Origin: Eledone cirrhosa
Lineage: Eukaryota
Assembly (NCBI GenBank): GCA_964016885.1
Contig: OZ024745.1
Location: forward strand, 1,426,001 to 1,490,000
Direction: 5' to 3'
Length of the DNA stretch: 64,000 nucleotides
Shown here in pieces: positions 14,531-28,402 of the stretch. The notes under the pieces were generated by a model that saw only the letters and a list, made by a program, of their open reading frames with translations, did not search any database and was not told the DNA's origin. Position 1 is the stretch's first letter; every line of letters starts with the position of its first letter. Made by a program: the position numbers and the translations under genes.

Positions 14531-17500
14531 GTGGTTATAATTGTATACTGTAGTTATAACTATAGAACTGTATAGTGTAGTTATAACTATAGAACTGTAT
14601 AGTGTAGTTATAACTATAGAACTGTATAGTGTAGTTATAACTATAGAACTGTAAACTGTAGTTATAACTATAGAACTGTATAGTGTAGTTATAACTATAG
14701 AACTGTATAGTGTAGTTATAACTATAGAACTGTATACTGTAGTTATAACTATAGAACTGTATAGTGTAGTTATAACTATAGAACTGTATAGTGTAGTTAT
14801 AACTATAGAACTGTATAGTGTAGTTATAACTATAGAACTGTATAGTGTAGTTATAACTATAAAACTGTATAGTGTAGTTATAACTATAGAACTGTATAGT
14901 GTAGTTATAACTATAGAACTGTATAATGTAGTTATAACTATAGAACTGTATAGTGTAGTTATAACTATAGAACTGTATAGTGTAGTTATAACTATAGAAC
15001 TGTATACTGTAGTTATAACTATAGAACTGTAAACTGTAGTTATAACTATTGAACTGTATACTGTAGTTATAACTATAGAACTGTATAGTGTAGTTATAAC
15101 TATAGAACTGTATAGTGTAGTTATAACTATAGAACTGTATAGTGTAGTTATAACTATAAAACTGTATAGTGTAGTTATAACTACAGAACTGTATAGTGTA
15201 GTTATAACTATAGAACTGTATAATGTAGTTATAACTATAGAACTGTATAGTGTAGTTATAACTATAGAACTGTATAGTGTAGTTATAACTATAGAACTGT
15301 ATAGTGTAGTTATAACTATAGAACTGTATAGTGTAGTTATAACTATAGAACTGTATAGTGTAGTTATAACTATAAAACTGTATAGTGTAGTTATAACTAT
15401 AGAACTGTATAGTGTAGTTATAACTATAGAACTATATAGTGTAGTTATAACTATAGAACTGTATAGTGTAGTTATAACTATAGAACTGTATAGTGTAGTT
15501 ATAACTATAGAACTGTATAGTGTAGTTATAACTATAGAACTGTATACTGTAGTTATAACTATAGAACTGTATAGTGTAGTTATAACTATAGAACTGTATA
15601 GTGTAGTTATAACTATAGAACTGTATAGTGTAGTTATAACTATAGAACTGTATACTGTAGTTATAACTATAGAACTGTATACTGTAGTTATAACTATAGA
15701 ACTGTATAGTGTAGTTATAACTATAGAACTGTATAGTGTAGTTATAACTATGGAACTGTATAGTGTAGTTATAACTATAGAACTGTATAGTGTAGTTATA
15801 ACTATAGAACTGTATACTGTAGTTATAACTATAGAACTGTATAGTGTAGTTATAAATATAGAACTGTATAGTGTAGTTATAACTATAGAACTGTATAGTG
15901 TAGTTATAACTATAGAACTGTATAGTGTAGTTATAACTATAGAACTGTATAGTGTAGTTATAACTATAGAACTGTATAGTGTAGTTATAACTATAGAACT
16001 GTATAGTGTAGTTATAACTATAGAACTGTAAACTGTAGTTATAACTATAGAACTGTATAGTGTAGTTATAACTATAGAACTGTATAGTGTAGTTATAACT
16101 ATAGAACTGTAAACTGTAGTTATAATTATAGAACTGTATAGTGTAGTTATAACTATAGAACTGTATAGTGTAGTTATAACTATTGAACTGTATAGTGTAG
16201 TTATAACTATAGAACTGTATAGTGTAGTTATAACTATAGAACTGTATAGTGTAGTTATAACTATAGAACTGTATAGTGTAGTTATAACTATAGAACTGTA
16301 TAATGTAGTTATAACTATAGAACTGTATAGTGTAGTTATAACTATAGAACTGTATAGTGTAGTTATAACTATAGAACTGTATAGTGTAGTTATAACTATA
16401 GAACTGTATAGTGTAGTTATAACTATAAAACTGTATAGTGTAGTTATAACTATAGAGCTGTATAGTGTAGTTATAACTATAGAACTGTATAGTGTAGTTA
16501 TAACTATAGAACTGTATAGTGTAGTTATAACTATAGAACTGTATAGTGTAGTTATAACTATAGAACTGTATAGTGTAGTTATAACTATAGAACTGTATAG
16601 TGTAGTTATAACTATAGAACTGTATAGTGTAGTTATAACTATAGAACTGTATAGTGTAGTTATAACTATAGAACTGTATAGTGTAGTTATAACTATAGAA
16701 CTGTATAGTGTAGTTATAACTATAGAACTGTATAGTGTAGTTATAACTATAGAACTGTATAGTGTAGTTATAACTATAGAACTGTATAGTGTAGTTATAA
16801 CTATAGAACTGTAAACTGTAGTTATAACTATAGAACTGTATAGTGTAGTTATAACTATAGAACTGTATAGTGTAGTTATAACTATAGAACTGTAAACTGT
16901 AGTTATAATTATAGAACTGTATAGTGTAGTTATAACTATAGAACTGTATAGTGTAGTTATAACTATTGAACTGTATAGTGTAGTTATAACTATAGAACTG
17001 TATAGTGTAGTTATAACTATAGAACTGTATAGTGTAGTTATAACTATAGAACTGTATAGTGTAGTTATAACTATAGAACTGTATAATGTAGTTATAACTA
17101 TAGAACTGTATAGTGTAGTTATAACTATAGAACTGTATAGTGTAGTTATAACTATAGAACTGTATAGTGTAGTTATAACTATAGAACTGTATAGTGTAGT
17201 TATAACTATAAAACTGTATAGTGTAGTTATAACTATAGAACTGTATAGTGTAGTTATAACTATAGAACTGTATAGTGTAGTTATAACTATAGAACTGTAT
17301 AGTGTAGTTATAACTATAGAACTGTATAGTGTAGTTATAACTATAGAACTGTATAGTGTAGTTATAACTATAGAACTGTATAGTGTAGTTATAACTATAG
17401 AACTGTATAGTGTAGTTATAACTATAGAACTGTATACTGTAGTTATAACTATAGAACTGTATAGTGTAGTTATAAATATAGAACTGTAAACTGTAGTTAT

Positions 17501-20500
17501 AACTATAGAACTGTATACTGTAGTTATAACTATTGAACTGTATAGTGTAGTTATAACTATAGAACTGTATAGTGTAGTCATAACTATAGAACTGTATAGT
17601 GTAGTTATAACTATAGAACTGTATAGTGTAGTTATAACTATAGAACTGTATAGTGTAGTTATAACTATAGAACTGTATACTGTAGTTATAACTATAGAAC
17701 TGTATAGTGTAGTTATAACTATAGAACTGTATAGTGTAGTTATAACTATAGAACTGTATAGTGTAGTTATAACTATAGAACTGTATACTGTAGTTATAAC
17801 TATAGAACTGTATACTGTAGTTATAACTATAGAACTGTATAGTGTAGTTATAACTATAGAACTGTATAGTGTAGTTATAAATATGGAACTGTATAGTGTA
17901 GTTATAACTATAGAACTGTATAGTGTAGTTATAACTATAGAACTGTATAGTGTAGTTATAACTATAGAACTGTATACTGTAGTTATAACTATAGAACTGT
18001 ATAGTGTAGTTATAACTATAGAACTGTAAACTGTAGTTATAACTATAGAACTGTATACTGTAGTTATAACTATAGAACTGTATAGTGTAGTTATAACTAT
18101 AGAACTGTATACTGTAGTTATAACTATAGAACTGTATAGTGTAGTTATAACTATAGAACTGTATAGTGTAGTTATAACTATAGAACTGTATAGTGTAGTT
18201 ATAACTATAGAACTGTATAGTGTAGTTATAACTATAGAACTGTATAGTATAGTTATAACTATAGAACTGTATAGTATAGTTATAACTATAGAACTGTATA
18301 GTGTAGTTATAACTATAGAACTGTATAGTGTAGTTATAACTATAGAACTGTATAGTGTAGTTATAAATATAGAACTGTATAGTGTAGTTATAACTATAGA
18401 ACTGTATAGTGTAGTTATAACTATAGAACTGTATAGTGTAGTTATAACTATAGAACTGTATAGTGTAGTTATAACTATAGAACTGTAAACTGTAGTTATA
18501 ACTATAGAACTGTATAGTGTAGTTATAACTATAGAACTGTATAGTGTAGTTATAACTATAGAACTGTAAACTGTAGTTATAATTATAGAACTGTATAGTG
18601 TAGTTATAACTATAGAACTGTATAGTGTAGTTATAACTATTGAACTGTATAGTGTAGTTATAACTATAGAACTGTATAGTGTAGTTATAACTATAGAACT
18701 GTAAACTGTAGTTATAATTATAGAACTGTATAGTGTAGTTATAACTATAGAACTGTATAGTGTAGTTATAACTATAGAACTGTATAGTGTAGTTATAACT
18801 ATAGAACTGTATAGTGTAGTTATAACTATAGAACTGTATAGTGTAGTTATATCTATAGAACTGTATAGTGTAGTTATAACTATAGAACTGTATAGTGTAG
18901 TTATAACTATAGAACTGTATACTGTAGTTATAACTATAGAATTGTATAGTGTAGTTATAACTATAGAACTGTATAGTGTAGTTATAACTATAGAACTTTA
19001 TAGTGTAGTTATAACTATAGAACTGTAAACTGTAGTTATAACTATTGAACTGTATAGTGTAGTTATAACTATAGAACTGTATAGTGTAGTTATAACTATA
19101 GAACTGTATAGTGTAGTTATAACTATAGAACTGTATAGTGTAGTTATAACTATAGAACTGTATAGTGTAGTTATAACTATAGAACTGTATAGTGTAGTTA
19201 TAACTATAGAACTGTATAGTGTAGTTATAACTATAGAACTGTATACTGTAGTTATAACTATTGAACTGTATAGTGAAGTTATAACTATAGAACTGTAAAC
19301 TGTAGTTATAACTATAGAACTGTATACTGTAGTTATAACTATTGAACTGTATAGTGTAGTTATAACTATAGAACTGTATAGTGTAGTTATAACTATAGAA
19401 CTGTATAGTGTAGTTATAACTATAGAACTGTATAGTATAGTTATAACTATAGAACTGTATAGTGTAGTTATAACTATAGAACTGTATAGTGTAGTTATAA
19501 CTATAGAACTGTATAGTGTAGTTATAACTATAGAACTGTATACTGTAGTTATAACTATAGAACTGTATAGTGTAGTTATAACTATAGAACTGTATAGTGT
19601 AGTTATAACTATAGAACTGTATAGTGTAGTTATAACTATAGAACTGTAAACTGTAGTTATAACTATAGAACTGTATAGTGTAGTTATAACTATAGAACTG
19701 CAAACTGTAGTTATAATTATAGAACTGTATAGTGTAGTTATAACTATAGAACTGTATAGTGTAGTTATAACTATAGAACTGTATAGTGTAGTTATAACTA
19801 TAGAACTGTATAGTGTAGTTATAACTATAGAACTGTATAGTGTAGTTATAACTATAGAACTGTATAGTGTAGTTATAACTATAGAACTGTATACTGTAGT
19901 TATAACTATAGAATTGTATAGTGTAGTTATAACTATAGAACTGTATAGTGTAGTTATAACTATAGAACTGTATTGTGTAGTTATAACTATAGAACTGTAA
20001 ACTGTAGTTATAACTATTGAACTGTATAGTGTAGTTATAACTATAGAACTGTATAGTGTAGTTATAACTATAGAACTGTATAGTGTAGTTATAACTATAG
20101 AACTGTATAGTGTAGTTATAACTATAGAACTGTATAGTGTAGTTATAACTATAGAACTGTATAGTGTAGTTATAACTATAGAACTGTATACTGTAGTTAT
20201 AACTATAGAACTGTATAGTGTAGTTATAAATATAGAACTGTATAGTGTAGTTATAACTATAGAACTGTAAACTGTAGTTATAACTATAGAACTGTATAGT
20301 GTAGTTATAACTATATAACTGTATAGTGTAGTTATAACTATAGAACTGTAAACTGTAGTTATAACTATAGAATTGTATAGTGTAGTTATAACTATAGAAT
20401 TGTATAGTGTAGTTATAACTATAGAACTGTATAGTGTAGTTATAACTATAGAACTGTATAGTGTAGTTATAACTATAGAACTGTATAGTGTAGTTATAAC

Positions 20501-20570
20501 TATAGAACTGTATAGTGTAGTTATAACTATAGAACTGTATAGTGTAGTTATAACTATAGAACTGTAAACT
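14531..20570. repeat. 27-bp satellite array (~220 copies)
   Basis: Unit TATAGTGTAGTTATAACTATAGAACTG containing the palindrome TAGTTATAACTA; explains the ITTLYSSIV and QFYSYNYTI pseudo-ORFs. Confidence 0.97.
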
Positions 20571-21469
20571 GTGGATAAAGTGGTGTGCATCTTTAAATCT
20601 AATGGATCACACAGGAGGGACACTTTTCTCGTCACCTTATTAGGTCCACTATGAAGATATTGAACTTAACACTATTTGAGATAGCAGCCCCCCCTCCCAC
20701 CACCACCACCACCACCACCATCACAACAAACCACCACTATCACCACAACCAACAACACCACTACCACTACCACCACCGCCACCACCACCGCCACCACTAT
20801 CACCATCACAACAAACCACCACCACCACCACCACAACCAACACCAACACCACTACCACAACAACAAAAACATCACAAACAACAACAACACTACCAATAGC
20901 AAGGAAGTTATGAAAGAAATGGTAGACATGTAGAGTGTTATGCAGTAAAACAAGGATTCCATGAGGGGATTAGTCTGATGGTTTATTATATTCTATTTGG
21001 AGGTGCAGCTAACTATTGCTATATGTTGATGTATATATACACGTGTTCCTCTATCTCTGTATGTCAGCCTGTGTCTCTCTGTATGTAATGTATTGTGTAT
21101 ATTGTCGAAATGCTGCAGTGATGTCTCCAACGACATCTATATTTAAAACATTAGCAAATATATCATAGAAATAAACAAAACAAAAGATTCCATCATCTTG
21201 AAAAATACACCAATACACATACATATATGTATATACATACATACACACATACATATATGTATATACATACATACACACATACATATATGTATATACATAT
21301 ATACACACATACATATATGTATATACATACATACACACATACATACATACATTCACACATACATACAAGATGGCTGCCCCCTCGTTATCGAGTATGGCTA
21401 TTGCACAATAAAAAAAAATATATATATATACACATATATATACACACATACATATATATATATATATAT

Positions 21470-21865
21470 ATGGTGGCTGCCAACTCGTTTTCGAGTACGG
21501 CCACTACTTTATATCCATGTAAGAGAACCCCTACCGATGCGCTGAACGAGTGTGACATTTTAGTCCAGCCAGCGACTTGAAAACTCTGGTACAAACACTA
21601 CACCTGTGACAATTATTGACACATAGTGCTGGGCCCATGGTACCATGTGATGACAAGTGCAGAGAGATCTCCAGATATAAAGCAATGCCTGTGCCGTGAA
21701 GCTTTTATAGTGAGCAAAGGCACTGCACAAAGCCAGTCCCACTCGCTTAACCAAGATGATATTTACCAAAAAGAAGAACAAGTCAACATCATTGGATACC
21801 ATCAGGGTTGCAAGTATTATATCAGAGTTTTCCTTCTCCTAGAATTCTGCCTTGACAAAGGCTAA
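21470..21865 (-). mobile_element. RTE-type LINE 3' end fragment
   Basis: Terminal motif TGGCTGCCAACTCGTTTTCGAGTA resembles the LINE end at 24281 (TGGCTGCAAACTCGTGTTCGAGTA) and a stub at 21371; abuts a microsatellite tail. Confidence 0.5.
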
Positions 21866-22096
21866 GGGGTCATCTCTCCCGGTGATTTTGGATGGCCATT
21901 GACTCTTAAGAGCTCCTTTGCCCTTTGACAGGTTTTGTTTTTAGTCCTGCAGGATGTCCAAAGTCACCCTTCTCACCAGAAACCTTGGTGAGGTTGCCAG
22001 TTTAGTCGCCAACGACCCGACCATGAGACAGGTTGTACTGGGATACATGTTACCAGTAGCACCAACTAGTGACCTGACATATACAACTGGTGACCT

Positions 22097-22133
<37 letters not shown>

Positions 22134-22348
22134 GTTAAAAATGTACATCTACATATGCATACTGAAATACTAGTATGCATATGAATACACACACGTATAC
22201 ATATGTAGATGTACCAAGTCTTTCACTGGTTACTTTACTGTGAGTATCCAGCTATTCTGTATGTAAACACACAGACAAACCGGTTTTTAGAGTCATACTG
22301 GTTTTTGAGGAAACACCTTTCCTCTATTCTCCAGAAAGCCAGACAAGG

Positions 22349-22393
22349 AATATTGAACTAGTTTCGTTGTTGTTACAACTCATCAGCAATATT
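22349..22393 (-). ncRNA. Minimal type I hammerhead ribozyme
   Basis: Reverse complement reads AATATTG-CTGATGA-GTTGT(aaca)ACAAC-GAAAC-TA-GTT^CAATATT. Confidence 0.9.
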
Positions 22394-22790
22394 TACCTAT
22401 CTACCGGCCTTTCTGGAGAATCGTAAAAGCACATATCGTTATATGCTTTTTCTATGAAAATTAGTAGTGGGCAGACTAATTTGCATAGAGTGTGAGTACG
22501 TACCGGTTCAACGGAGACGATAAAAACAAATAACGAAACGAAATTAAATTTCGTTTCGTTTGTAACTCACTTTTGTATGACTGACGCTTAAACAATTAAG
22601 TTAAAAATGTACATCTACATATGCATACTGAAATACTAGTATGCATATGAATACACACACGTATACATATGTAGATGTACCAAGTCTTTCACTGGTTACT
22701 TTACTGTGAGTATCCACTACTAATTTTCATAGAAAAAGCATATAACGATATGTGCTTTTACGATTCTCCAGAAAGGCCGGTAGATAGGTA

Positions 22791-22835
22791 AATATTGCTG
22801 ATGAGTTGTAACAACAACGAAACTAGTTCAATATT
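22791..22835 (+). ncRNA. Minimal type I hammerhead ribozyme
   Basis: AATATTG-CTGATGA-GTTGT(aaca)ACAAC-GAAAC-TA-GTT^CAATATT; 7-bp stem I and canonical core. Confidence 0.9.
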
Positions 22836-23123
22836 CCTTGTCTGGCTTTCTGGAGAATAGAGGAAAGGTGTTTCCTCAAAAACCAGTATGACTCTAAAAA
22901 CCGGTTTGTCTGTGTGTTTACATACAGAATAGCTGGATACTCACAGTAAAGTAACCAGTGAAAGACTTGGTACATCTACATATGTATACGTGTGTGTATT
23001 CATATGCATACTAGTATTTCAGTATGCATATGTAGATGTACATTTTTAACTTAATTGTTTAAGCGTCAGTCATACAAAAGTGATTTACAAACGAAACGAA
23101 ATTTAATTTCGTTTCGTTATTTG

Positions 23124-23191
<68 letters not shown>

Positions 23192-23346
23192 TACACATAT
23201 ACATATACATTAATAACAATAATAATAATAATAATAATAACAATAATAATAACGACAACAACAACAATAATAATATACATATACATATATATATACACAC
23301 ACGCACACACATAAACATATCTATACACACACACACACGATAGCAA

Positions 23347-24200
23347 CTAACAGCGCTGCGATCGAATGTGGCTTTTTAGCCCAGTCAATGATCTAAAATG
23401 TCTTGCACAGAGTCGGCAACCAAAACATTCACTGGGAATAGTCGGCTGTGGTTGGAGTTCGTGTACTTTTGCATGTCGCTTGAGCCCTCCTGCTGATTTA
23501 CATTCTCTACCACATGTTTGGCAAGCATGATGAGTAGCATCACCAACAGCAGCCTGGTAGTCAACCACTGGTCTTACTTTATGACTGCGAAGATGACTTT
23601 CGAGTCCAGCTTTGCTTAGGCAGAGTCTCGCACAGACGCTGCATGTCAGCACCATAGGAGGACCCTCGCCGTCTGGAAGTGCAACAGCAATGCCCTTCCT
23701 CACATCCCGCTTTACTTTCTCGTATGCGATTCGAGATGCCTCAAAGGCAACTTTTCCCTCATATACAGTCTTTCTCCATTTATTACGAGCAGCAGTAATA
23801 TTTTTCCATGTATCAGCAGAGATGTTAGCGTCTTTCAAAGAGGCTTTCAAGGAATCCTTATACCTCTTTTTTAGTTTATGTGGAGGTCGTTTTCCTTTAA
23901 CTAACTCTCCATAAAAGAGTTGTTTTGGTATTCTAGAATCCTTCATCCTGGCAAGGTGACCACTCCAACGGAGTCGTTGCTTAAGCACAAGAGCTTCTAT
24001 ACTGTCACACATAGAGCTTTCCAAAGTCTCGACATCACTGATGTGGTCCCTCCAGTGAACGCCATGGATCCGTCTGAGACACATCTGATGGAAACACTCC
24101 AATTGCTTAAGGTGGTGTCGATATGTGACCCAGGTCTCGCAGGCATAAAGAAGACAAGAGAGCACACATGCCTTGTACACCTTTACCTTTGTCTTCTTGC
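23347..24200 (-). mobile_element. 5'-truncated RTE-clade LINE (post-RT domain + three C2H2 zinc fingers)
   Basis: TKVKVYKACVLSCLLYACETW..RLRWSGHLARMKDSRIPKQLFYGEL, followed by CSVC..HLRSH, CQTC..HAKVH, CRLC..HIRS. Confidence 0.9.
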
Positions 24201-24278
24201 ATACATACATACATACATACATACATACATACATACATACATACATACATACATACATACACATATATATACATATAT

Positions 24279-25499
24279 CATGGCTGCAAACTCGTGTTCG
24301 AGTATTGCCATCGCCCGATAAAATGCTCAAAAATGTGAGACACGAATGTGGCTCTTTAAACCAGTCAAATGCTTGCACCCTCTGGCACATATATGGCAAC
24401 TGATGGCTTCTCTGGGACTTTCCATTGCTTTGTTCTGACTGTGTTTCTTATGTGTCTTTTAAGATCTCCCATGCTAGCACACTCCTTGCCACATTCCTTA
24501 CACCTTTTCAGATCATAATCTACATGAGGTCTACTGATATGACTTTGTTCATGTCTAATCAGGCAGTTCAGAACAGTCTCCTTTCCTCAACTTCCTTTTC
24601 ACTGTTTGGTGTTCCCTTCGACGAGTTTCAAGGTGTTCACTTCCTGACTTGATCAAACGTCTCCACTTCACTCCTCCTCAGCCATTTTCTCCCATTCGTC
24701 AGATGAAATTCCAGCACAAACGAAGGTGCCTCTGACACAGTCCCGGTACCGCATTTTTGGTTTGTGTGGTGGTCGCCTTCCTTCACACAGTTCTCCGTAG
24801 AGAAATTGCTTTGGAATACGATCATCAGACATCCAGACCACGTGTCCACACCACCTCAACCGATACCGAAAGATTATGCTCTCTATAGTCACGCACCTGC
24901 TCCGTTCGAGAACTTCCAAATCACTGACGAACATTTTCCATCGCACCCCAAGTAACTTACGAAGAAATTGTTGGCGAAATCTCTCCAGTTCCTTGAGATG
25001 CTTTCTGTCTGTGACCCACGTTTCACAAACATAAAGCAAAGAGGAGACGACACAAGTCAGATACACTTTCACCTTGGTTTCAATGGTGATACCTTGTCTG
25101 GACCATAAACGTTGATGCAGCCGTCCAAAAGCATCACTGGCTTTCTTGATTCTTAAGGGTACTTCATTATCATGTGTGCATGAAGTGTTCAACGTACTAC
25201 CAAGGTAAAGAAACTTGTCAGCAACGTTTAGCCTCTTTCCGTACACGTACACACTTGGTGCAGTGTACTCGTTTCCAGGTGTTGGCTGATAGATCACAAC
25301 AGTCTTTTCCAAGCTTATTGTGAGGCCCAAAGTGCTGCAAGCTTCAGAAAAAGAGTTCATAATAATCTGCATGTCACTTTGTGAGTGTGCAAAAAGATCG
25401 CAGTCGTCTGCATACAAACATTCTCGGATTATAGATGTTAATACCTTCGTGCTTGCACCAAATGCCTGATGTTAAACAACCTTCCCGAAAGGCGATACC

Positions 25500-25505
<6 letters not shown>
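24279..25505 (-). mobile_element. 5'-truncated RTE-clade LINE (RT motif C onward)
   Basis: [60 protein letters not shown]; 3' end followed by (TATG)n. Confidence 0.9.
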
Positions 25506-25550
<45 letters not shown>

Positions 25551-25580
25551 ACCTTCCCGAAAGGCGATACCTGATGTATA

Positions 25581-25626
<46 letters not shown>

Positions 25627-25662
25627 CATATATATACATCAGGTATCGCCTTTCGGGAAGGT

Positions 25663-25702
<40 letters not shown>

Positions 25703-25989
25703 CACAAAACATACATCCATTTACAAATATACATATATACATACATACATACATACATACGTACATATATACAAACATACATAAACATATATATATGCAT
25801 ACATATACATACACATACATACGTATATTTATGCATGTATATATATAGAGAGAGAGATTTCCTTTTTTCTTATTGAGAATTATTAAGAATATTGTAATTA
25901 GAATTAAGATTAGAATTAGGATTAAAGGATATTGGTTATTTAAAGTTGATTTAAAGATTAACTAAAGACTTGTCTATCACCTACTGACA

Positions 25990-26205
25990 CAGGTGGATTG
26001 GCAGTGTCGGTAGAGCGTCAGACGTCATGCTTTGCAGTATAGAGTTACGGCCCTTTATAGTCTGAGTTCAAATCCCGCCGAGGTTAACTTTGCCTTTCAT
26101 TCTTACGGGGTCGATAAAATAAAGTACCAGTAATGCACTGGGGTCGATTTAATCTACTTTCCCTCACCCCAAATTGCTGGCCTTGTGCCTACATAAGAAA
26201 ACATT
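25990..26205 (+). mobile_element. tRNA-derived SINE
   Basis: TGGCAGTGTCGGTAGAGCG A-box, GAGTTCAAATCCCG B-box, CTTTCATTCTTACGGGGTCGATAAAATAAAGTACCAG central domain. Confidence 0.85.
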
Positions 26206-26415
26206 ATTATTAAAAGAGTTCATAATATGCTGCATGTCACTTTGTGAGTGTGCAAAAAGATCGCAGTCGTCTGCATACAAACATTCTCGGATTATAGATG
26301 TTAAAGTACCAGTAATGCACTGGGTAATTGCTGGCCTTGTGCCAATAGTAGAAACAATTATTATTATTACTCCTTCATTCAATCTTCACGAGTTTTCTCG
26401 ATTCCGTTAAGTTTA

Positions 26416-26923
26416 CAAGGGTCGGCTGAAAAGTTCATATGCTGACCAAGATACTCTCATGGAATGACTAGATGAGGTTTATTTTTTCAACATAGTATCT
26501 GGAAAGAAACAATGTAGATATTAATAAGAAGAGTTGAAATGAATGCATGCAAGATTTCACAGCTCTAGCATCACTCCATAGGCTGAAAAGTTCATATGCT
26601 GACCAAGATACTCTCATGGAATGACTAGATGAGGTTTATTTTTTCAACATAGTATCTGGAAAGAAACAATGTAGATATTAATAAGAAGAGTTGAAATGAA
26701 TGCATGCAAGATTTCACAGCTCTAGCATCACTCCATAGGCTGAAAAGTTCATATGCTGACCAAGATACTCTCATGGAACGATCAAATTAGATTTAGTTTT
26801 CAACATAGTCCCTGGTAAGAAACAATGCAGTTATTAAGAAGAGCTTAAATTAATGCATCAAGATTACACAGCACTAGCATCACTCTTTCATAGTCAGTCT
26901 ATGAACTTTTCAGCCTATACTCG
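26416..26923. mobile_element. Tc1/mariner-like MITE with internal ~157-bp triplication
   Basis: TA|CAAGGGTCGGCTGAAAAGTTCATA ... TATGAACTTTTCAGCCTATACTCG|TA imperfect TIRs with TA flanks. Confidence 0.75.
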
Positions 26924-27210
26924 TAGATATGTGGTAAAATATTTTTTCTTACACGAAAGTCTATAATTGAATTTTTTACTTTCTCAGTAAGGCAGCTTAA
27001 AAGTCCGCCATAATTAAAATTGAATTTATTAGAAAAAATGTAAATATTTTACAGCCAAAATAGATTCCAATGTTAAACAGGGAAACAGGACTTGTATGTG
27101 GCTGGGCAGTTAGATCGATAAACATTCCATTTGGAATTTAGCTAATATATTCAAACATTGTTGTCATAAGCCAAAGTAGATTTTATATTATCCGAGGACT
27201 ACTGGAAACT

Positions 27211-27475
27211 TTCTTCTTCTTCTTCTTCTTCTTCTTCTTCTTCTTCTTCTTCTTCTCCCCCCCCCCCCTCCTCCTCCTCCTTCCCCCTTCCTCCTCCTTC
27301 TTCTTCTTCTTCTTCTTCTTCTTCTTCTTCTTCTTCTTCTTCTTCTTCTTCTTCTTCTTCTTCTTCTTCTTCTCCTCCTCCCCCTCCTCCTCCTCCTCCT
27401 CCTCCTCCTTCTTCTTCTTCTTCTTCTTCTTCTTCTTCTTCTTCTTCTTCTTCTTCTTCTTCTTCTTCTTCTTCT
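27211..27475. repeat. (TTC)n/(TCC)n polypyrimidine tract
   Basis: Direct reading. Confidence 0.95.
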
Positions 27476-27769
27476 CCCTTTCAGAAAGACCGCACGTGTC
27501 ACTACTCCCACCACGAATACCCCCCCCCCCTCCCTCCACACCTCCACCCAGCCTTCCAACCTCTTTCCTTCTCTCACTAACCCCCCCTCTCTTCCTGCAC
27601 AATATTTCCAGATAATCCCAGTGTATATTAAATGGTTTACATTGATTGACGCTTAGCTAATCCCCCTAATTTCATACAGACTTTTCAAGGAAGACTAAAA
27701 CCTACACGGACACATTCGCACGCGTACACACACGCGCATACGCACACGCACACACACACACGCACGCAG

Positions 27770-27872
<103 letters not shown>

Positions 27873-28036
27873 AAATAATCGGGCACATACACATCAATGA
27901 GTAGATATTTCTTAGAATATATGGTCGTGTGTGTATGTATGTATATTGCAAAAATCAAACACACGCATACAATATATATATATATGTATATACATACATA
28001 CACACGTATATATACATACATACATACATACATACA

Positions 28037-28126
<90 letters not shown>

Positions 28127-28187
28127 GTGAAAAATGAAACGGGAACAAAACAGAGGCAGTACGAACAAAGGTTTATTAGTTTCACGC

Positions 28188-28252
<65 letters not shown>

Positions 28253-28322
28253 CGGAACAAGTAAACATTAAACAATCTTTTAAATAAATTAAAATATGAT
28301 TTAAATATTTACCTCTTCTAGT

Positions 28323-28402
28323 GCCATGACCGACGGTTTCGCTAATCAAAAGATTGGAAATTCAGAGAATTTCCAATGGAAAGATATAGCTCTTCAGATA
28401 GC
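28323..28402 (-). ncRNA. Type I hammerhead ribozyme with long stem II
   Basis: Reverse complement reads GCTAT-CTGAAGA-GCTA..ATTGGAAATTC(tct)GAATTTCCAAT..TAGC-GAAAC-CGTCG-GTC^ATGGC. Confidence 0.85.

Larger units (their letters stand above)
22128..23128. mobile_element. Inverted, partially tandem 466-bp hammerhead retrozyme-like element
   Basis: Direct repeat with 466-bp period (22128/22594), then an inverted arm 22714-23128; both outer ends lie in (TA)n. Confidence 0.85.

Noticed and set aside
14498-20635. ORFs of 1027, 1423 and 545 aa
   Set aside because: These are translations of the 27-bp satellite, with no unique coding flanks.
21985-22080. Possible HDV-like ribozyme at a LINE 5' end (minus strand; CCAGT/ACTGG pairing and GTCG-TTGG-CGAC hairpin)
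   Set aside because: A P1 helix and the nested double pseudoknot could not be assembled by eye; would need an RNArobo or Infernal search.
25990-26080. tRNA gene
   Set aside because: A and B boxes are present but there is no cloverleaf; it continues into the SINE body and is multi-copy in the window.
27183-27602. Poly-Lys/Arg/Glu ORFs
   Set aside because: Translation of (GAA)n/(GGA)n microsatellite.
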